Below, piece by piece: positions 51,131 to 64,000 of a stretch of 64,000 nt of DNA. Below the pieces are notes generated by a model. It had not been told where the DNA came from. It made no database searches and saw only the letters and a program-made list of their open reading frames with translations. Numbering within the stretch: the first letter of the stretch is position 1; every line of letters starts with the position of its first letter. The DNA comes from Squalus acanthias (Eukaryota): NCBI GenBank assembly GCA_030390025.1, contig CM059432.1:97218001-97282000 (forward strand), written 5' to 3'. Made by a program: the position numbers and the translations under genes.

Positions 51131-51611
51131 AAAGCCTCTCACCATCTGTTTTAGGGGAAGCAATCAAGAGTGGGGGTCAGTGGTTAGAGGGCTAAAGGTG
51201 AAGTGAGTGTCAGCAGAGTAAGGGGAGGGGTGGATACAGAGGTTGAGTGGGTAGTTCAAAGGGAAGGCAATGGGAATGAGGCATGAGTGATGAGGGAAAG
51301 CAATTTGAAGCAAGCTGCTGAGGGCCGCATTTTTCATCCAACCCAATGCCAAATGCAGCCTGCAGCCTTTGGTGGCTACTTTCCCCGCCACACCATGCCA
51401 TGTTACCTATCACTGCCACTCAACAGGAAAAAAGAAAAGAAAAGCAAAAGAGACAGATAGAAGCAGGAGGGCAGAATGAAGCAAAATACAGTTAGGGAGA
51501 GAGAAGCAGAAAAGTAGAGAAAGAGACAGACAAAAGCAGAAAGGCAAACAGAGAAACCGCAACTCAAAGACAGTGGAGAATGGTAAGAAAGCCCATATTC
51601 TTTGACTTACA

Positions 51612-53711
51612 GGCCTAGAAATTCGGTACCACTAAAAAACGGACACAGGCGCCACGATGCGAGATATGCCCGCGCCCGTTCAAAGAGAGCAGGCAGCACA
51701 CCAACTAATTATAATGATTGCAGCACACAGCCTAGTGCTGAACGCGCTGCTGACAGGCTGTGCGCTCAGCAGGGGGCTGAAGTTCCTGAGGTTTGAGCGA
51801 GGCTAGCCTTACTTAAAGCTAACCTGCTCTTCTGAAAGGTACTGTACACCTGTTAAAGGTGAGCTGCCCTCTGCTGATCAAAAATTTAAAAAGTACTTCA
51901 GCACTAACCCAAACAGGCCAGGGGAAGGGCACCCAGGCTCTTGGAAGCAGCACTTGAGGTTTGTGCAGGGGCTCAACACTGGAAGAGAGGTCCTTTATCC
52001 ACAGGGGGCCAGGAGACTCTGCAGAAAGAAGGATGTGGGACCAGATCGCCGAGGTGGTCACTGCAGCAGTGTCGCACCCAGGACCTGGCTCCAGTGACCT
52101 CAGACCAGTGGTCAAGGTCAGTGAATGCATCTTCAAAAGCCGTCTCCTACCAACTGCACCACTAGCCTCACACACTGCTCAATGCACAACCTCTCCCTCC
52201 CCATCACTCAGCCACCAACAATCTCTACGAAACACGAGGCACAGGCACACCTCCCATTCCTAGCTTCACCTCAGCCCCTTGGAGGAGACAATGCTGGCCA
52301 TTCTTGGCAGGGGCATGGCTGAGCCCTTGGCCAACTGCAGGGCTGAAAGCAAACAAGATGCTGCTATCCTCATATGTTATCCTCCTTCTCACATCCCACT
52401 TCCCCCTCATCCCACAATCTCTTCTGATTTACAAGCGGAGCGGCACATGGTGTAAGCATGCAGCTCTTGCTTTACCCCCCTCCCCTCACAACAACCCTAC
52501 CATTGTGCCTTCCTCCTTTCAGACACCCAAGCAATCCAGCCTGCCCAGCTAGTGGTTGACCAAGAAAGGGAGAGGAGAGTGAAGAAGAAAAAACATCTTC
52601 ACTCGATTTCACACTCCCAGCCACCAGCTCTTTGAAATCATCCTGCAAGGCCATCTGCAGTGACCCACTGAAAGTCAGTAGCCTTCCACCAGCCATGCGG
52701 CAGCCACTGGGGTAGCACTGCATACGAGTATTAGGATAGGCAAAGACACATGCAAGACACTTACTAAGGGAATGCACAAGTGTGATTAGTTGATTTTTTG
52801 ATGTAATAATGGATGCATATATGGATAAGGTTGGATTGGAAAGTTTGCTTTGTGGTGGCTTTTATTTCAGCATTGTGGCCAAGAGGACGCTGTGATGGTC
52901 ACTAACAGAGGGAAGGTAAGGAGTGGGACAAAAGTTGAAAGGGGAATTGAGCTTGTGGTCACTGGGACCGCAGGCGGATGATTCAATCCCGTATATCCTG
53001 GGCAGAAAGGAACTGTCTGAGTTGCCTCCTTCCTTCCACTTCCTCCTCTTCTGCTTCTTCCTCTTCTGCTTCTTCCTCTTTCTCCTCCTCCTTTTCCTCC
53101 TCCTCCTCCCTCTGCGAGCAGTTTGTCCTCTTTGCTGCCTCTGCTCCATCTCCATGTCATGCTGCAGCCCAAGGGGGACTGCAACTAGAGCCCCCAGGAC
53201 TGGGAGCAAGAGGTGTTCTCAGAGGCTTTCCTTTAAGAGCCAAAACCTTGCAAACGTCCAGCAGTACTCCCTGCACTCCCTTCACACTTTAACAACTTCT
53301 TAAATATATTACACCAAGCCACTACTCCAATAAAATGGAAAGAAACCAGTCCAAAAACAAAATTCTAAACTTACCTGAAAGTTGTGTGTGTCCCTTTAAG
53401 AAGTGCTGGTAGGGGGTCCGCTGCACTGTTGCATGCATGTTCTGCTGTGCGTGCTTTGGAGAGTGCGTTAAAAGGAGTGGTGACGTCCAAAATAGCAGAT
53501 TGTGCTTAAATCCAGAGTTGCACGCCGATTGACGTCATGATCTGGCTCATCTAAAGATCTGAAGCGAGCACAGGCAACGGCAGCGCTGCCGGCCTGCCCA
53601 AGATGCCGGCTGCCGTGTTCCGCGCCAGAAGTGGGCGGAAGTGAGGCGGCTGCCATTTTTTCTTCCAAATCGGCCTTAACGGCTGGCGCAAACAGGTCCA
53701 ATTTCCCGGCC
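51612..53711 (+). mobile_element. Decayed Harbinger element with Myb/SANT remnant
   Basis: TIR-like GGCCTAGAAATT / AATTTCCCGGCC; RRMWDQIAEVVTAAV remnant; similar terminal sequence ends at 40785. Confidence 0.6.
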
Positions 53712-54239
53712 ACAGTGTGTATTGCCACATGAAATTGCCGAGTATATCTAGATACTTGAGACATGTCTGTCATGCTTTAGGCCTCCCAGGATCACCTTGA
53801 CTATTCCAGGGCAATGTAAAAGGGAATGAGATGTGGATCACTGCGACTAAACCTCATTTGTTCTGACCTTTGCCCCAAGGCATTCCTCAGGAGCAAAGGT
53901 CTGGAAAATGGAGCTCCTGTTCTCTATGTGCAATACCAATATTCACTAGACTTAATAAAAATTGATTAAACTTTAGCAATGTACTTGGCAATGTACCTAA
54001 CAAGTATAGTTATTAATCATATTGCACTTACTTTTATTAAAATAAATTGCATTTAGCTCTTTCTATCTTGTTTGCCATAAGTTTTCCAAAACTGTTGTTT
54101 ATATTATCAGTGAGGGGAGTCAGGTTTGCTGAATCACTCCAACGTATTTATTAAAACAGTCTTTATATGGACGAACAAAGTCTAATGCTTCACTTGGAAA
54201 TGCTGTATAATTTCTGGCTTCTATAAAGCAGAAGGGGAG

Positions 54240-54612
54240 TTTTTTTAATATTCATCCTCAGGATGTGGGTGTCATTGGCAAGGATGGCATTGATTGCCCA
54301 TACCTAGTTGCCCTGATTTGATACAACTGAGTGGCCACTTCAGAGCACATGTAAGATTCAACCACATTGGTGTGGAACTGGAGTCACATATGGAACAGAC
54401 TGGGTAAGAACAGCAGGTTTTCTTCCCTAAAGGGCATTAATGAACCGGCTGGGTTTTTATGACAGCTTCATTTATACAGATACCAGATTATCATTTTTTC
54501 AACTGAATTCATAATTCTCAAAGTGGGATTTGAACTCAGGTTTTATGCTGGATTATTATTCCAGTCCTTTGGATTACTAGTCCAGTAACATAACCACTAC
54601 ACTACCGTACCC
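54240..54612 (-). mobile_element. tRNA-derived SINE with a Crack-like LINE tail
   Basis: Minus-strand head GGTAGTGTAGTGGTTATGTTACTGGACTAGTAATCC...GAGTTCAAATCCCAC; tail similar to 36130-36190. Confidence 0.7.
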
Positions 54613-56289
54613 TGAGTTTTCAACTGCAACACTACTCAGTATGTAGTTGGAAGAAGACTGTTGCAAACCATCTTTTTTAAATCAGAAATTATAAAGTGGA
54701 TTCAAAAAATAAGGTTACTAATGCAGAAAAGGGGAGGAAAACAGTTTTGTTTTTGTCTTAAAAAGTCTAGCGTTGTTCATAGTTAAAGTACTGTTGCTTT
54801 TAAATATCCATTACAATTATAATCTTAATCTATTATTATTGTTGTCTGAGTCAAAACAACCACAAAGTAGCAAGAAAGCCGTCTGGGAAAATTGAATTTA
54901 ATTGTAATGGACAAAACAGGTGCAGATTCATTAGTGCAGCAGGAGTCAGCTAAAGAACAGTTCCTTCAGGAAGAATAACACTTCTGATTACTTGCATGAT
55001 CACTTCAAATAAATTAAAGTGAATTGACTCACTTGGTTTTGCAGGGCTTTATGGGAAGATGTTCTGCGTCTGTGCTGGTCTCGAGGTAACTTGCCTTCCA
55101 TCAGAATGTATCAGAAACTCCCGATGTGTTATCAGTGATTTTCCATTACATGCTGAAGTCCCTCACTGCTGCTACAAATTCGCAACATTTAGGCTTATAT
55201 TCAATTTAAATGAATGTAAATAATTAGGTGAGTAAATTCATTTGTTTGTTAGATATGTTATCATGAAGTCGGCTGTATTATTTCCCAGTGATTAACGATG
55301 GACCATCACTCATTAATTCTTCAGTGTAGATGGCATCACATACCAACTATAATGGCTTGGTTGTTGACGGCCATCATGGCATTCATCACCAATGAAAGAA
55401 AAAATGGACCAAAAATGGTATAGAGCTGTCCAAGCATCTCCATGACATATAAGGGCTGATTCCACAAATTGCATCAACCAGCTGCACAAATCAGGGCACC
55501 AGGGGCACATCACCCTCAATTTCCCAATATGAATCCTGATGGGTGAAGCTCCATGCTGGCAGCAGTTATTTGTTTAATAGCCCCTTTATTCTTAATCAGC
55601 TCTGTAGTCTTAAAAGAAACAAATACAGATACATTGGAGTCATTCCAAGCCTGTAATCTTATTGTAGAGTTCAGATGTCAGCTATAAAGCATCTGAGATT
55701 CACACTCAAGGTTTATGTCAGATCTGAACCATTTGATTAATTAATTATCCCTGAATGCCATGGGACATTAGCATGCAAACAATTTGTGCTTTTGTCTGAA
55801 ATTCCTCCCTCTGCTATTTTAATGGAGGCATTAACCCATTTATTTTAAAAAGATTAGCACCTCTGCCAAAATAAACAATTGCCAAGTGCTGAATTTGCGG
55901 TACTTACAAAATCTGTGAATCTGCAGTAAGATTAACTTAGGCTTTGAAATTGATAAGGTTTCAGAGCATCCAGTATTTATATCCTCTGAAATCAAACCCA
56001 AAATTCAAATTTTAAAGTTGTGGTATCAGCATAGAATTTGAAAATAGCATTGGTTGTTACCCACAACCTCCAGATATCAGAGAATCATTGAATAATACAG
56101 GGCAGAAAGAGATCATTCGGCCCATAGTGCCTGTGCCGGCTCTTTGAAAGAGCTATGCAATTAGTCCCACTCCCCAGCTCTTACTCCATAGCCCTGTGAA
56201 TTTTTCCTTTTCAAGTTTATATCTAATTTCTGTTTTGAAAATCATTATTGAATCTGTTTCCACCATCCTTTCAGGCAGTGCATTCCAGA

Positions 56290-56615
56290 TAAAGAAAGAA
56301 AGACTTGCATTTCTATAGCGCCTTTCATGACCACCGGACATCCCAAAGCGCTTTACAGCCAATGAAATACTTTTGAAGTGTAGTCACTGTTGTAATGTAG
56401 GAAATGCGGCAGCCAATTTGCACACAGCATGGTCCCACAAACAGCAATGTGATAATGACCAGATCACCTGATTTTTAGTGATGTTGGTTGAGGGATTGGC
56501 CCCAGGACACCGGGGATAACTCCCCTGCTCTTCTTTGAAATAGTGCCATGGGATCTTTTACGTCCACCTGTGGGAGCAGATGGGGCCTCGGTTTAACGTC
56601 TCATCCGAAAGATGG
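56290..56615 (-). mobile_element. Deu-domain SINE inserted in a CR1 3' fragment (about 56080-56680)
   Basis: (AAAG)n tail and Deu core (TGCCATGGGATCTTTTACGTCCACC); CR1 sequence on both sides. Confidence 0.75.
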
Positions 56616-57214
56616 GAAAGATCACAACAACCCACTGCGTAGAAACAATTCTCCTCGTCTCCACTTTGGTTCTTTTGCCATATTGATAATATCCCAGATG
56701 ATCTGATAAAATGAGAACAAATTTAAATGACCAGAGTTCACCAAGATCTGCAGAGGCATATGGGAAACAGGGGACTGGCCAGAAGAATTAGTGGTGTACC
56801 AATATCCAAGAGAGAAGATAGAGAAAGATTCACAAACTCCAAAACCATAACATTCATCACACATGCAACAAGATGTTAATAGAAGTAATCAGGAACAGAA
56901 CTACATACAAAAAAGGAATTGTTTGCAAGTAAACCAGATACACAGCAAGATTGGGAACTCATGACTAAAACTGGATTTGAAGAAAGCCTAGCAATTCAAC
57001 TGCACATTAAAGGATTGGTTTTACGAATATACCTTTTTGGAGTGGAGCTTGGCACATGGGAGCCCATATCCTTGTCACCAAGATTGAGACTATCTGTTCA
57101 GCTGCCTCTGCCATTTCTCTGCCTTCCCCTAGCTCACCAAGCCAAACTTCCCCTAAGACTCCCTCATGCCCTAGCCCTGAACTTGCATTTTTCTCTACTT
57201 TCTCTCCTATCTCT

Positions 57215-58850
57215 CTGAGCTCATCCAGTTCATGAGACCCACCTCCAGCTCCCTCAGCACTATTCCCACTAAACTGCAAACAACCCAACTTCCCTTCCTG
57301 GCCTCCATGTTAGCTGATATTGATAATGGTTCCTTCTCCTCAGGTACTGTCCCCCTCTCCTTCAAATCGGCAGTCATCACCCCTCTCCTCAAAATAAAAC
57401 ACCCTTGAACCCCTCTGTCCTTCCAAACTACCACCTCATATCCAATCTCCCTTTCCTCTCCAAAGTCCTTGAGCATGTTGTCGCCTCCCAAATCCATGCC
57501 CATATTTCCCGCACTCCATGTTTGAATCACTCCAATCAGGTTTCTGCCCCTGCCACAGCACTGAAACGGCCTTTATCAAAGTCATAAATGACATCCTATG
57601 TGACTGAGACCATGGTAAACTATCCCTCCTCATCCTTCTTGACCTGCCTACAGTCTTTGACACGATTGGCCACAGCATCCTCCTACAACGCCTCTGCTCC
57701 ATTGTCCAGCTGGATGGGACGGCCCTTGCCTAGTTCCATTCCTATCTACCTAGTCACAGACAGAGAATCAGTTGCAATGGCTTCTCTTCCTGTTCCCGCA
57801 CCGTTACCTCTGGTGTCCCCCAAGGATCTATCATTGGCCCTCTTCTATTTCTCATCTGCATGCTGCCCCTTGGTGGCATCATCTGAAAACACTGTGTCAG
57901 TTTCCACATGTACGCTGACAACACCCAGCTCTACCTCACCACCACCTCTCTCGAACCCTTCACTGTCTCTAAATTATCAGACTGCTTGTCCGACATCCAG
58001 TACTGGATGAGCAGAAATTTCTCCAATTAAATATTGGAAAGACCGAAGTCATTGTCTTCGGTCCCCGCCACAAACTCTGTTCCCTAGCCATAGACTCCAT
58101 CCCTCTCCCCGGCAACTGTCTAAGGCTGAACCAGACTGTTCGCAACTTTGGTATCGTATTTGATCCTGAAATGAGCTTCCGACCACATATCCACGCCATC
58201 ACTAAAACTGCCTATTTCCACCTCTGAATATTGCCCGACTACGCCCGCCTCAGCTCATCTGCTGCTGAAACCCTCATCCATCCCTTTATTACCTTTGACT
58301 ATTCCAATACACTCCTGGCCAGCCTCCCATGTTCTACCCTCGGTAAACTTGAGGTCATCCAAAACTCTGCTGCCCGTGTCCTAATTCGCACCAAGTCCCG
58401 TTCACCCATCACCCTTGTGATCGCTGACCAACATTGGCTCCCGGTTAAGCAACGCCTCGATTTTAAAATTCTCATCCTTGTTTTCAAATCCCTCCATGGC
58501 CTCGCCCTTCCCTATTTCTGTAAGCCCCACAACCCTCCGAGATGTCTGCGCTCCTCTAATTCTAGCCTCTTGAGGTTCCCCGATTTTAATCACTCATCTA
58601 TTGGTGGCCGTGCCTTCAGATGCCTAGGCCCTAAGTTCTGGAATTAGATCCCTAAACTTCTCCACCTCTCTACCTCTTTTTTCTCCTTTAAGACGCTCCT
58701 TAAAACCTACCTCATTGATCAACCTTTTGGTGACCTGCTCTAATATGTCCTGAAATGGCTCGTTGTCAAATTTTGTTTTATAGCGCTTCTGTTAAGTGCC
58801 TTGGGATGTTTTATTACGTTAAAGGCACTATATAAATATTAGTTGTTGTA
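57215..58850 (+). mobile_element. L2 LINE, decayed RT to 3' end
   Basis: NYHLISNLPFLSKVLE, QSGF, HSTETA, GVPQGS, YADN, IQNSAAR, HWLPV; (GTT)n tail. Confidence 0.88.
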
Positions 58851-59269
58851 TATGGTGGAAATTTAATGCAGATGAAAACCCCAAGGAAAACCAATATTAG
58901 CAGTGGTTCAGATGATTTGTATTTTGAAGAAAACATAAAAAACGAGGGAAAGTATGAACTCTTCAACTTTTTCTAAAGGAAATTTGAAAGTAAACACGGT
59001 ACACTATGGCTCAGATTTTGAAACTGTCAGCTTGCCCGATGCCCACCAGAATGGCAAGAAACGCCAGGTAGGTCTAACAGAATTTCAGCACTCATGTGCC
59101 AGTGGGTATTTTGTATTCCTGCAAATTTTCAGAAAGACATGTAGACAAACCTAAAATACTACAAACCATTTTGGATGCTCACGAATATCTTAAGATGGAT
59201 CACCTTAGTTTAGCAATAATTTTAAATGCCAGCAACGACCTCGCGCTATTTCAAGAATGCAGATAAATG

Positions 59270-60232
59270 GGAGACACACAGCTCACTGACATCATCCAAA
59301 AAGACTACGTTAGGTTCCACATGTATGCTGACGACACCCAGCTCTACCTCAGCACCACCTCTCTTGACCCCTCCACATGCTCCTGATTTGTCAATCTGCT
59401 TGTCCAACATCCAGTATTGGGTGAGCAGAAGTTTCCTCCAAATATTGGGAAGACTGAAACCATTGTTTTCATTCCCTGCCAGAAACTCCATTCCCTAGCC
59501 ACCAACTCCATCCCTCTTCCTGGCCACTCTCTGAGGCTGAACCAGACTGTCCACAACCTTGGCATTCTATTTGACCCTGAGATGAGCTTCCAACCCCATA
59601 TCCTATCCATCACCAAAATCACCTACTTCCACCACCGTAACATCACATGTCTCCACCCCTGCCTCGGCTCATCTGCTACAGAGACCCTCCTCCATACCTT
59701 TGTTACCTCTAGACTTGGCTATTCCAATGCTCTCTTGGCCGGCCTCCCACCTTGCACCCTCCGTAAACTTGAGCTCATCCAAAACTCTGCTGCCCGTATC
59801 CTAACTCGCACCAAGTCCCGTTCACCCATCAACCCTGTGATCACTTCAATTTTAAAATTGTCATGCTTGTTTTCAAATTCCTCTATGGCCTCATCCCTCC
59901 CTATCTCTGTAACTTCCTCCAGCCCTACAACTCTTCAAGATCTCTGTGCTCCTGCAATTATGGCCTTTTGTGCATTCCTAATTTGGCGGCAGTGCCTTCA
60001 GCTTCCTAGGTCCTAAGCTCTGGAATTCCCTCCATAAACCTTTCTGCCTCTCTACATGTGTCTCCTCCTTTAAGATACTCCTTAAAACCTATCTTTTTGA
60101 CCAAGCTATTTGTCCAAATTGTCCTTATGTGGCTCGGTGTCAAATTTTGTTTGATAATCACTCCTGTGAAGCGCCTTGGGATGTTTTACTCCTTTAATGG
60201 CACTATATAACTGCAAGTTGTTGTTGTTGTTA
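59270..60232 (+). mobile_element. L2 LINE 3' fragment
   Basis: YADDTQLY, FVTSRLGYSNALLAGLP, IQNSAAR; (GTT)5 tail. Confidence 0.88.
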
Positions 60233-60557
60233 AGAAGGTCCATGCTGAGGGTGTGAATCTGGAAAATCTACTCTTCTATTTCTGCATTTAATATGAGGAA
60301 CAGCTCTGTCTCTTGAGAGTAGGTTTTATTTTATTCAGAACTTTATTTCAAACTTGAATAATGGTATATAGTCCTTGAAGTTTATAGCTTTTTGAGTAAA
60401 CAAATTTTAAAAACCAGTTGTGGTAATTATTTAGGACACGTTATAAAGTACAAAGAGCAGCTCTGAGTTGTTCCCACCCAAGTACTTCCAACTTGTCAGT
60501 TCTCTTCTCAGCTGTATTTGTGTCGGGCTTATTGTGGGAAGTCTGCTAGTATACAAT

Positions 60558-61268
60558 GGCCTGGAATTTGCAGTCAGCGGTGAAGCGACGGGGCTCAATG
60601 CTGACTTCGAAGAAAGCTACCCACAAAGATCTAGCGATCTCTGTGGCATGAATTTCATCTCTCCCGACCTTTGTTTGAATCTGGTGCCAAATCAAGTGAA
60701 ATCTCCAGTGTCCAGCAACAGTGATGTCATCCAGCAGGCTAAGCAGCCAATCACATTGCAAAATTCTCACAGGCAGCAAACCAGGAAGTAAAATGCACAG
60801 ATTATAATTTACTTTTTATAAATGTTAGAGACAACAAAATAAAAATTGGGACATACACATAGGATTAAGGTAGAAGCTGAAATATCATAAAAAACTATTA
60901 AAAAAATTATATTAATAACCATGTAATTCTTAATGATATTAGTAGAAAAATTTGACATTCCACAAACATAAAATTAGTTTTTCAGGGCCAGTCTGATTGT
61001 TTAGCAGTTAATATGCTGTTAAAAACCCAGTAACACCTCTGCCAACAAGGCTTTTTCGGGGAAGGAGGGTTTAACAGCGATTTTCAAGTGTAATCGGGGA
61101 AGTTTTCACCAGGAACTGCGATTAGAATTGATTGCCGGCTCTGGGGAGTTCCACAGTGCCTGTGGAGGAGCAGGGAATGACTGACAGCAACTTTTGGTTA
61201 TTCGCGTTCATTTGTGCATGCGCTGATTCCAGAAGTTGCTGTCACTTTCAGAGAAGTAATGATGGTGA
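60558..61268. mobile_element. MITE family A copy (inverted, partial)
   Basis: Begins GGCCTGGAATTTGC; AAAATTAGTTTTTCAGGGCCA is the reverse complement of the family core. Confidence 0.6.
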
Positions 61269-61269
61269 A

Positions 61270-61866
61270 CATGGGAAATGGAATATAATGTGGAGAAATG
61301 TGAAGTTATCCACTTTGGTAGGAAAATTAGAAAAGCAGAGTATTTTTTACATGGTGAGAGATTGGGAAATGTTGTTGTTCAGAGGGGCCTGGGTGTCCTT
61401 GTACATGAATCACTGAAAGTTAACATGCAGGTACAGCAAGCAATTAGGAAAGCAAATGGTATGTTGGCCTTTATTACAAGAGGATTTGAGTATAAGAGTA
61501 AAGATGTCTTACTGCAATTATATGGGGCCCAGGTGAGACCACACCTGGCGTATTGTGTACAGTTTTGGTCTCCTTACCAAAGGAAGAAAATGAGAAGTCG
61601 CACAACACCAGGTTATAGTCCAACAGTTTTATTAGAAAGGAAGGATATACTTGCCATAGAGGGAGAGCAACAAAGGTTCACCAGACTGGTTCCTGGGATG
61701 GGGCGATTGTCCTATGAGGAGAGATTGAGTTGACTAGGTCTATATTCTCTAGAGTTTTGAAGAATGAGAGGTGATCTCATTCAAACATACAAAATTCTTA
61801 CAGGGCTTGACATTGTAGATGCAGGGAGGATATTTTCCCTGGCTGGGGAGTCTAGAACCAGGGGTC
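61270..61866 (+). mobile_element. CR1 ORF2 C-terminal fragment
   Basis: YNVEKCEVIHFG, KANGMLAFI, RPHLAYCVQFWSP, QRFTRL. Confidence 0.85.
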
Positions 61867-62822
61867 AGCAATGTGGTTGACTCCTAACTGCCCTCTGAAA
61901 TGGACTACTAAGTCACTCAGTTGTAACTAACCACTACAAAACACAATAATAAGAATGAAACCGGACTGACCACCCGGCATTGACCTCAGCTACGGACACG
62001 GCAATGGCACACCCAGCCCAGTTGACCCTGCAAAGTCCTCCTCACCAACATCTGGGAACTTGGGCCAAAATTGGGAGAGCTGTCCCACAGACCAGTCAAG
62101 CAACAGCCTGACATAGTCATACTCACAGAATCATAACTTTCAGCCAATGTCCCAAACTCCTCAATCACCATCCCTGGGTATGTCCTGTCCCACCGGCAGG
62201 ACAGACCCACTAGGGGTGGTGGCACAGTGGTATACAGTCGGGAATGAGTGGCCCTGGGATTCCTCAACATTGACTCCAGACCCCATGAAGTCAAGCATGG
62301 GCAAGGAAACCTCCTGCTGATTGCCACCTACCACCCTCCCTCAGCTGATGAATCAGTACTCCTCCATGCTGAACACCACTTCGAAGAAGCACTGAGAGAA
62401 GAAAGGGCACCGAATGCACGCTGGATGGGGGACTTCAATGTCCATCACCAAGAGTGGCTCGGTAGCACCACTACTGACCAAGCTGGCTGAGTCCTGAAGG
62501 ACATAACTGCCAGTCTGGGCCTGAGACAGGTGGTGAGAGAACCAAGGGAAAAACCTACTTGACCTCGTCCTCACCAATCTACCTGTCGCAGATGCATCTG
62601 TCCATGACAGTATTGGTAGCAGTGACCACCGCACAGTCCTTGTGGAGACGAAGTCCCGTCTTCACACTGAGGATACCCTCCATCGTGTTGTGTGGCACTA
62701 CCACTGTGCTAAATGGGATAGATTCAGAACAGATCAAGCAGCTCAAAACTAGGCATTCATGAGGCGCAGTGGGCCATCAGCAGCAGAAGAATTGTATTCC
62801 ACCACAATCTGTAACCTCATGG
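61867..62822 (+). mobile_element. Crack-like LINE endonuclease region, decayed
   Basis: PDIVILTES, GGGT, YHPPS, GDFNVHHQEWLGS, GSSDH. Confidence 0.75.
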
Positions 62823-64000
62823 TGTGAAGGAATAAGCCATATAATCTATTCAGAAAAATGCACCATTCTATGAAAGAATTCTGGCCTTATTAAAACATGA
62901 CAAACTGGGTCTGGAAATCTAGAAACCTAACTGAAAAAGCTGTGATAGCATTCTGGCTATTGAGATAAGATAGTTGTTGACACTGAATCAATAACCTTAT
63001 TGAAACAGAAGGTTAAAGGCTCCTGACAGACTGACCTTTGGGAACAAGACAATAGTTCACCCTGGTTAAGGTGTTCTAATTTACACTTCGTAAAGAAGCA
63101 CAAACATCTGCCTTCGTAAAAATGACATCAAGTAAAAAACGCACCTGCTGTTACACCGTTTCTTATGGTAAACTTAGAACACCTAGAGATGAGACACAAT
63201 TCTGTAATGCTACCAGCTGAGGTGACTGTAAGAATTGCAGGGGTCAGCAGAAAAATGACTAGAGATAATTAGCTTACATCAGCAGAAAACCTTAAAGGAA
63301 ATACCACTGGAAAAGGGTATAAATATTGAACTCTCAAATGGGATAGTAGACTCACTGTAAAGGTGCAAAGCGATTCTCAGCTTCAGAGGCATCTCTGTAA
63401 GTCTACAACTCTTTGTACCTTGGGGATCAAAGGTACTGTATTTGATTTTGGTGGATATCCTGAATAAACTTTAAGAACTGTAAAACTGTAGCAAAGTTAA
63501 GATTTGAGAGTAACGATCTCTGATAATAAGATTGTAAAGCTTTCACTTTTTGGAACTGTTAATGTTGTGATTGACTCACCAACTGTAAATTACATTTCGG
63601 TTCGTTAATAAATCTATATATTTTTAGAATTGTCTCACATAATACTTCTGTATCAAACTCGCAAACTCAATCTCTATACACTCTTTGGTGAGGAGTTGCA
63701 GAATTCTGGGGGAGTTTTCCGGACCCTCATAATATCCGGAATGTTACAGTCTAGCTAAACTTATTAAAAGTGCTATCTGGAGGACGGTAACATTTTCAGG
63801 TTGTTCCTTTCTTTTAGGGAGAGATAGTCCGGACCTTTAGACCCAATTAAGCATCTTTAGGATTCAGCTACCTCAAACTTTAGTTGAAAGTGAACGTCTG
63901 AGGAATACGCTTGATCCGGGGTAGTCCTAAAGGGGCTAGGACTAGTAATTATCCCATCAATGGCCAGGCATATCCTTCACTGTACCATTACCATCAAGCA
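62823..64000 (+). mobile_element. Probable 5' LTR (62823-63680) and leader of another LTR element running off the window
   Basis: LINE sequence breaks at TGTGA; TATAAAA near 63318; AATAAA at 63463 and 63607; ends TATACA; PBS-like TGGTGAGG at 63686. Partner LTR not visible. Confidence 0.55.

Noticed and set aside
52862..53303. Basic, Ser-rich and Leu/Phe-rich ORFs
   Set aside because: Arise from a (CTT/CCT)n tract in a decayed transposon.
54520..54612. tRNA gene
   Set aside because: tRNA-like head continuous with a SINE body and LINE tail; no intact cloverleaf.

Overview
Repeat-rich eukaryotic DNA, most likely from a cartilaginous fish (inferred from V-SINE/HE1-like and Deu-domain SINEs plus abundant CR1, L2, Penelope and Harbinger elements). 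No intact host protein-coding gene could be supported. The dominant feature is a young endogenous retrovirus-like provirus at 1-11830 (5' LTR cut by the window start; about 5 mismatches in the 745 nt shared by the LTRs). It has a tRNA-Arg PBS overlapping the gag ATG, a gag with a PSAPPSY late domain and CCHC knuckle, and a UGA-CUAG readthrough junction into pro-pol (RT, tether, RNase H, integrase, long tail). Its env has a C-terminal half resembling a paramyxo/pneumovirus F-type class I fusion protein (lokiretrovirus-like) and an N-terminal half carrying an apparent immunoglobulin domain. The rest is nested transposon debris: a near full-length CR1 interrupted by a Harbinger Myb/SANT gene, a decayed Gypsy element (41117-46617) with SINE and MITE insertions, Penelope elements with hammerhead remnants, several MITE families, L2 and Crack-like LINEs, SINEs, and a probable further LTR at the right end. 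All family calls are from motif recognition by eye; no searches were run.
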